DNA from: an uncultured delta proteobacterium
Lineage (GTDB): Bacteria > Desulfobacterota > Binatia > UBA9968
Direction: 5' to 3'
Assembly (NCBI GenBank): GCA_963840855.1
Contig: CAWJBB010000002.1
Coordinates: 88,837 to 152,836 of the forward strand
Length of the DNA: 64,000 bases
Shown here: positions 59,256 to 64,000 of the stretch, piece by piece
Layout: every line of letters begins with the position of its first letter
Numbering within the stretch: position 1 is the stretch's first letter
The notes under the pieces: model-generated
What the model was told of the DNA's origin: nothing
Database searches by the model: none
Seen by the model: the letters and a program-made list of their open reading frames with translations, nothing else
Position numbers and translations under genes: made by a program

Positions 59256-60338
59256 ATGGGATGGGTAGACGCAGACGCGCATGTCGTTGAAAGTCCGCTG
59301 ACCTGGGACTATCTGCTTCCTTCCGAACAAAAATTTCGCCCCCAGCTCTTTAAGCCGGAGGGCGATACACAAAAGGCCCACTGGGTCATCGACGGCAAGA
59401 TTCGCGGGCTTTTCCGGTTCACCTTCAGCACAGAAGATGTCGCGAAAAAATCCGCCGCCATCGGCCGGGAGATGACGACAACCATGGCAACCCGTGATCT
59501 TGCCGATGTTGCGGCTCGGATCAAGCATATGGACGAGCTGGGCATCGATATTCAGGTGCTTTACCCAAGCATTTTTCTCGATCAGTGCACGGAGCGGGCC
59601 GACACCGACGTCGCTCTTTGCGGCGCCTACAACCGCTGGATGGCGGACGTATGGCAGCAAAGCAAAGGACGCCTGCGCTGGATGGCGACGCTGCCGCTTC
59701 TCAGCATGCCGGACGCGCTGGACCAGTTGAAGTTCGCCAAGGCGAACGGCGGCTGCGGCATCTTCATGCGCCCCCTCGAAGGCGCGCGACAGATCAGCGA
59801 TCCATATTTCTATCCGCTATACGAGCAAGCCGAGAAGTTGAACTTTTGCATCGGCTTGCACCAAGCCAACGGCAGCGCAGCGGCTGTGGATATGATGGTC
59901 AATCCCGACGGCAGCCGGGACTTTTTCAACCAGTATCGAATTTTTAACGTCGGCGCCTGTTTTCGCTTGATCAGTTCCGAAGTGCCAAAGAAGTTTTCCA
60001 AGCTCCGCTTTGGTTTCATTGAAACCGCCGCATCTTGGATGCCCTGGGTAATTTACGAATTGCGCCGCCGCTTGGAAACAGTGGACTGTAAATTGCCCGA
60101 CGATCTAGTGGAGCGCTACGGTATCTTTGTGACCTGCCAGATCGGCGACGACGTGCCGTATTTGATCAAAAGCTGCATGGGCGAGAACACACTGATGATC
60201 GGTACGGATTACGGCCATGCCGATTCATCGACGGAATTGGACGCGTTGGCGACGCTGAAGGACAGCGGCGGAATTACGGCCGCGATGCACAAGAAGATCG
60301 TGGAGGATAATCCGCGGGTGTTCTACGGGCTGGCATAA
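59256..60338 (+). CDS. Amidohydrolase_2 family protein (decarboxylase/hydratase-like)
   Basis: DADAHVVE, MDELGIDIQVLYPS, AYNRWMAD, IGLH, GTDYGHAD, DNP. Confidence 0.9.
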   Translation: MGWVDADAHVVESPLTWDYLLPSEQKFRPQLFKPEGDTQKAHWVIDGKIRGLFRFTFSTEDVAKKSAAIGREMTTTMATRDLADVAARIKHMDELGIDIQVLYPSIFLDQCTERADTDVALCGAYNRWMADVWQQSKGRLRWMATLPLLSMPDALDQLKFAKANGGCGIFMRPLEGARQISDPYFYPLYEQAEKLNFCIGLHQANGSAAAVDMMVNPDGSRDFFNQYRIFNVGACFRLISSEVPKKFSKLRFGFIETAASWMPWVIYELRRRLETVDCKLPDDLVERYGIFVTCQIGDDVPYLIKSCMGENTLMIGTDYGHADSSTELDALATLKDSGGITAAMHKKIVEDNPRVFYGLA

Positions 60339-60422
60339 GATCTGGGGAAAGTTCGATTTAATCACAAAGCGCACAGCGCGACGACGCCGCAGCCAAAATT
60401 GAGCCAGACCTGAAAAAAGGAT

Positions 60423-60503
60423 TCACCACGAAGGCACGAAGTTCACGAAGTTTAAGAGCATAAATATCCGAACCCCTTCGTGTCCTTCGTGCCTTCGTGG
60501 TGA
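60423..60503. repeat. CACGAAG-reiterated palindromic element between convergent genes
   Basis: Same arms as 46307-46386. Confidence 0.8.
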
Positions 60504-60541
60504 GGCCGTATTTTCTCGTCTACTCACCAGGCTCTTGTGAA

Positions 60542-61633
60542 TCATCGCAAGACACGCCCCAATTTAGCGAGTACTTCCTCGATGTCATCGAGTGAATTCT
60601 GCCGCGGCGAGCCGCCGAGGTGCGGGCTGACGATAACGTTGGGGAATTTGATCAGAGGGTCGTTGGCATCGCCGGGTTCATCATAAAAGGTATCGAGGCC
60701 GTAGCCGCCGAGCCTTCCTGAGGCGAGCGCCTCTCGCAACGCTTCACGCTCCACAAGGCTGGGTTGCGACACGTTGATCAGAAACGCCCCCGGTTTGATG
60801 GCCGAAAATTCGCGGGCGCCAATGAAGCCGACGGTCTCCGGACTGCGCGGCAAATGCAGGCTCACACAATCGGAAGTCGCGAGTAGTTGATCCAAACCTA
60901 CATAGCGCGCCCGATATCGCCTCTCCACATCCACCGGCAGACGCGCGCGTTGCGTATAAACGATCTTCATGCCCAGGGCGATGGCGCGGAGCGCCAACTC
61001 TCTGCCGATCTCACCCAGGCCGACGATGCCCAACTGCCTTTGGTAGAGCGTAACCATTCCCGGTATCCGCGCCCAGTTGCCGTTGGGAGTGTGCTCGCGA
61101 TTGTAAGTCGTGGGCTCGTAGCCTGCGGCCTTGAGTTGCTCGATGCTGATCAGATTAGCGTTCCGTGTTATCTGGCGCGCCAGCGCGAGCATGAGCATCA
61201 AACCCTGTTCGGCTGTGGAAATATTCGCGCGTCGCCTGATGGTTAATATCTCAATTCCGGCGTTCTCACACGCGGCGTGGTCGATATTGCGCGTGGTTAA
61301 GCCATATTTATGGACGACTCGGAGAGAGCCTCCCGACGCGGCGACTTCCTCCGCGCCCAATTCCAATTCTTCGACGACCGCGACGGTTGCGCCTGGGAGG
61401 TTCGCCCGGAGTTCGCCGTTATCATCGACCAGATGAACGTCAGCGGGATAAATATTCTGAACCGGAGCGCGCACTTTCTCACACCAGCCGCGAAAGTCCG
61501 GAAGATCGTGCAAACAGAAATGGGCGAAGGCTTGGAATCGTTCCTGCGGCGCCGAGGGATCGAGGACGACCTGGATCAAACGCAGAAAGGTGTCGTTTTC
61601 GACGACGAATTTTAGCTTCGGCGATGGGGGCAT
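60542..61633 (-). CDS. D-isomer-specific 2-hydroxyacid dehydrogenase family protein
   Basis: LGIVGLGEIG, SLHLP, LINVS, LDTF..EP, SPHLGG. Confidence 0.88.
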   Translation of the reverse strand: MPPSPKLKFVVENDTFLRLIQVVLDPSAPQERFQAFAHFCLHDLPDFRGWCEKVRAPVQNIYPADVHLVDDNGELRANLPGATVAVVEELELGAEEVAASGGSLRVVHKYGLTTRNIDHAACENAGIEILTIRRRANISTAEQGLMLMLALARQITRNANLISIEQLKAAGYEPTTYNREHTPNGNWARIPGMVTLYQRQLGIVGLGEIGRELALRAIALGMKIVYTQRARLPVDVERRYRARYVGLDQLLATSDCVSLHLPRSPETVGFIGAREFSAIKPGAFLINVSQPSLVEREALREALASGRLGGYGLDTFYDEPGDANDPLIKFPNVIVSPHLGGSPRQNSLDDIEEVLAKLGRVLR

Positions 61634-61640
61634 AATTCGC

Positions 61641-61719
61641 GTTCAAGGTTCAAGGGTTCAAAAGTTCAAGGGTTCAATCGGCTCTCCGACGTTGAACATT
61701 GAACCCTTGAACCTTGAAC
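61641..61719. repeat. Inverted GTTCAA-unit tandem arrays forming a long hairpin
   Basis: Five GTTCAA units face four TTGAAC units; one-armed tracts near 8500, 41030, 43860, 44940, 51960 and 55215. Confidence 0.8.
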
Positions 61720-61725
61720 TATTTG

Positions 61726-62253
61726 CTAGGGCTCGGGATCGACCTGCAAGGCTTTCAAGAATCTCGTGAGCATGTTGTAGGCGCTTATGAGCATTGTCAG
61801 CTCGACGGTTTGCCGTTCGCTGAAATGTTTTCTGACCTCGGCAAAGACGTTGTCCGGCACCCTGATGTCACGTGTCATGGCGTCGCTATACGCGAGCAGG
61901 GAGCGCTGCTTGTCTGTGAATAAATTCGATGATTGCCAATCCGCGATGGCCGTGACCTGCTGCGGCGTCAGTCCTTCCTTTAACGCATACGCCGGGCCGT
62001 GGGCGCGCTGGACGTATTCCACGTCGTTTAGAATGGCGACGCGGATCACCGCCAGCTCGCGGCATTGGCCGTCGATTTCAGTGCCGTAGCGCACCGCTTG
62101 ATTTAAGTCGAACCACGCGTTCGCCAGCGCCGGGCTATGTAGCATCAAGCGATAAATATTAATCAGCCGGCCGCCACGGGCGCCTTTGATCCTGGCGATC
62201 GATTCGGCAAGTTCTGGATGTTCTCTTTCTTCGATCAATTCTACGCGTGCCAT
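61726..62253 (-). CDS. Carboxymuconolactone decarboxylase/AhpD-like protein
   Basis: NIYRLMLHSP, RELAVIRVA, EYVQRAH, VELTMLISAYN. Confidence 0.88.
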   Translation of the reverse strand: MARVELIEEREHPELAESIARIKGARGGRLINIYRLMLHSPALANAWFDLNQAVRYGTEIDGQCRELAVIRVAILNDVEYVQRAHGPAYALKEGLTPQQVTAIADWQSSNLFTDKQRSLLAYSDAMTRDIRVPDNVFAEVRKHFSERQTVELTMLISAYNMLTRFLKALQVDPEP

Positions 62254-62286
62254 ATATTTATTTTTACTGCTGCTTCTCCAGTTTGC

Positions 62287-62358
62287 GTAGCCCGGATGAA
62301 GCGCAGCGTAATCCGGGGTTTTCGGATCCCGGATTCCGTTTCACTTCATCCGGGCTAC
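62287..62358. repeat. GTAG-type REP doublet (REPIN)
   Basis: GTAGCCCGGATGAAG..AATCCGGG and inverted CCCGGATT..CTTCATCCGGGCTAC. Confidence 0.85.
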
Positions 62359-62397
62359 AGTACTGCGATTAATTTTACGCGTGCAATAATCGGATCT

Positions 62398-62518
62398 AAA
62401 TCCACCCTAAGTCTCCCTTTTACAAAGTGGGATACTTGAAATGGACAATGTGCAAAGCATGGCAAGAGATCCAGGGTATTGCTCCCTCCCTTTGTAAAGG
62501 GAGGTTAGGAGGGATTTT
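62398..62518. repeat. REP-like palindromic element (CTCCCTTTGTAAAGGGAG family)
   Basis: AAATCCACCCTAA..CTCCC-TTTGTAAA-GGGAGGTTAGGAGGGATTTT; same family as the IS1182 target at 34430-34480/36492-36510. Confidence 0.75.
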
Positions 62519-62544
62519 CTGCATGCAATGTAAGTATGTTGGTT

Positions 62545-63999
62545 TCATTGTCGTTTTTCCAGGCGCAGCGAAAGATCGCCCCGGCGGATATAGACGCTGT
62601 TCTGGCGCGGGCGTTTGGTAAGTTCCGCAACTAGATTCAATACCCGATTCCCATTGCTTGCATAACTCCGCGCCGGCCCCGCCGCTTTCATTTTGTCCAC
62701 GTCTTCTTTGCTGGAGAAGAACCGCAGCAAAACCTCCTCGTCGCTGACCCCCGGGCCGCCGTATTTGCGGCGCAAATCCTGGAGCGAATCGGTAGGGTGT
62801 GGCCGCTCGGCTATTTCCTTGGTGCGCGGGCGGTTTAGAATCTTGTCTTTGACGTTTGCATCCATGTACAGCGCGCCTTCTTTGCCCCATATTCCCATGG
62901 CGTATTCGATGGTCTGGTCGGTGACTTGTTTGTAGCGTTCGCCAATAATGACGTTGATGGCCGCCTGGCTGCCGACGAATTGCGATAGCGGCGTGACCAT
63001 GATCGGGTAGCCGAACTCAGCGCGTACTTGCGCGGCTTCTTCCAGCGTCTGGTTGATTTTATCTTCCATGCCGACGCGGCGCAGTTGGTGGCGCAGGTTG
63101 GAAATCATGCCGCCAGGAATCTGATGGACATATTGGGCGTAGTCGTATTCGGGTGTTTTGCCGATGGGCAGGTTTTCCTGCATGGCGCAGGCCGTAAAAT
63201 GTTTCGCGACTTGGCGGAGCGGCTCTTCGTCAATCGATGTTTTGTAACCCAGGGCGCGCGCGTTCATCGCGACGTTGAACACGGACGGGTTCGATGAGCC
63301 ATCAGCGAGCGGGGGAATGGCCGTGTTGACGTTGAGCATGCCGGCTTTGATGGCTTCCAAGCAACACAGCGTACCGAGTCCCGTCGTGCAGTGCGTGTGC
63401 AATTCCACCGTCGTGCCGTTGGCGGCGTTGAGCACCGCGGGAGCCAGAGTTTTAGTGCGCTCGGGAGTGAGAATACCGCCGGGGTCCTTCAGAATAACGC
63501 GGTAGACGTCCAAGGCAATTGCTTGCCGGGTCTTCTGCGCAAAATGCTCGTCGGTATGGCGCGGTGAGACGGTGTAGATCAGATTGATAATCGGTTTGAT
63601 GCCGGCATTCTTCGCTTGCTTGACGCGCCATGCCCAATCAGCGGGGTCGTTCCAGGAATCGGAAATCCGAACCTCCGTAACTCCCGCGTTCGCCATGCAG
63701 GTATCATAAAGCTGATGGAGGGCGTCGGGATAAATGGCGAAGCCGCTGCGCGTGCCGTGGATAAGTCTCAGTGGTGTCTTCTTGAATTTCGGGATGACCA
63801 GCCGATAGCGTTCCCAGGGATTTTCCCGCAACTCTTTGATGCATTTCGGGAGTTCCACGGGGCCACCGAGCTCGATGGCCTCGAACCCAGCATCGTCCAA
63901 TGGCTCGACCACCGGCACCATCATGCCGGTCCTCATGTTGTAGGCCCAGAGGCTCTGCTGTCCATCGCGGAGCGTGGTATCGACAAATCGTACTTCGGT
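62545..63999 (-). CDS. Pyruvate carboxylase subunit B / oxaloacetate decarboxylase alpha-like carboxyltransferase, 5' end outside window
   Basis: VDTTLRDGQQSLWA at the window edge, ENPWER, LKDPGG, ELHTHCTTG, HQIPGGMISNL, GYPIMVTPLSQFVG. Confidence 0.92.
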   Translation of the reverse strand, partial: TEVRFVDTTLRDGQQSLWAYNMRTGMMVPVVEPLDDAGFEAIELGGPVELPKCIKELRENPWERYRLVIPKFKKTPLRLIHGTRSGFAIYPDALHQLYDTCMANAGVTEVRISDSWNDPADWAWRVKQAKNAGIKPIINLIYTVSPRHTDEHFAQKTRQAIALDVYRVILKDPGGILTPERTKTLAPAVLNAANGTTVELHTHCTTGLGTLCCLEAIKAGMLNVNTAIPPLADGSSNPSVFNVAMNARALGYKTSIDEEPLRQVAKHFTACAMQENLPIGKTPEYDYAQYVHQIPGGMISNLRHQLRRVGMEDKINQTLEEAAQVRAEFGYPIMVTPLSQFVGSQAAINVIIGERYKQVTDQTIEYAMGIWGKEGALYMDANVKDKILNRPRTKEIAERPHPTDSLQDLRRKYGGPGVSDEEVLLRFFSSKEDVDKMKAAGPARSYASNGNRVLNLVAELTKRPRQNSVYIRRGDLSLRLEKRQ

Positions 64000-64000
64000 C

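Overview
Bacterial genomic DNA. The many orphan substrate-binding proteins and Bug/TctC, VOC, LLM and amidohydrolase genes resemble Candidatus Binatia/deltaproteobacterial MAGs (inference only). The window has two halves. Positions 1-~30.9 kb form a mosaic accessory region. It holds an intact IS21 element (3981-6669, 6-bp target duplication), a frameshifted DDE/rve IS, several RAYT-type transposase remnants, a solitary attC-like site and many short gene fragments. It also holds a two-gene DUF4062 (TIR/NDT-like) + nSTAND1-TM-TPR candidate conflict/defence system (9767-14130) and a partner-switching signalling cluster (STAS x2, MBL hydrolase with degenerate kinase tail, SBP, HAMP-SpoIIE-RsbW). 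Positions ~31-64 kb carry resident-looking catabolic and transport genes separated by REP-like palindromes. This half also has an IS1182 element inserted in a REP, carrying an AbrB-like ORF with a palindromic operator. Two miniature IS200/IS605-type elements (3220-3357 and 47314-47464) have covarying guide/cleavage tetranucleotides and share an internal hairpin. I saw no rRNA, tRNA or CRISPR array. All calls come from reading motifs by eye; no database search was run.
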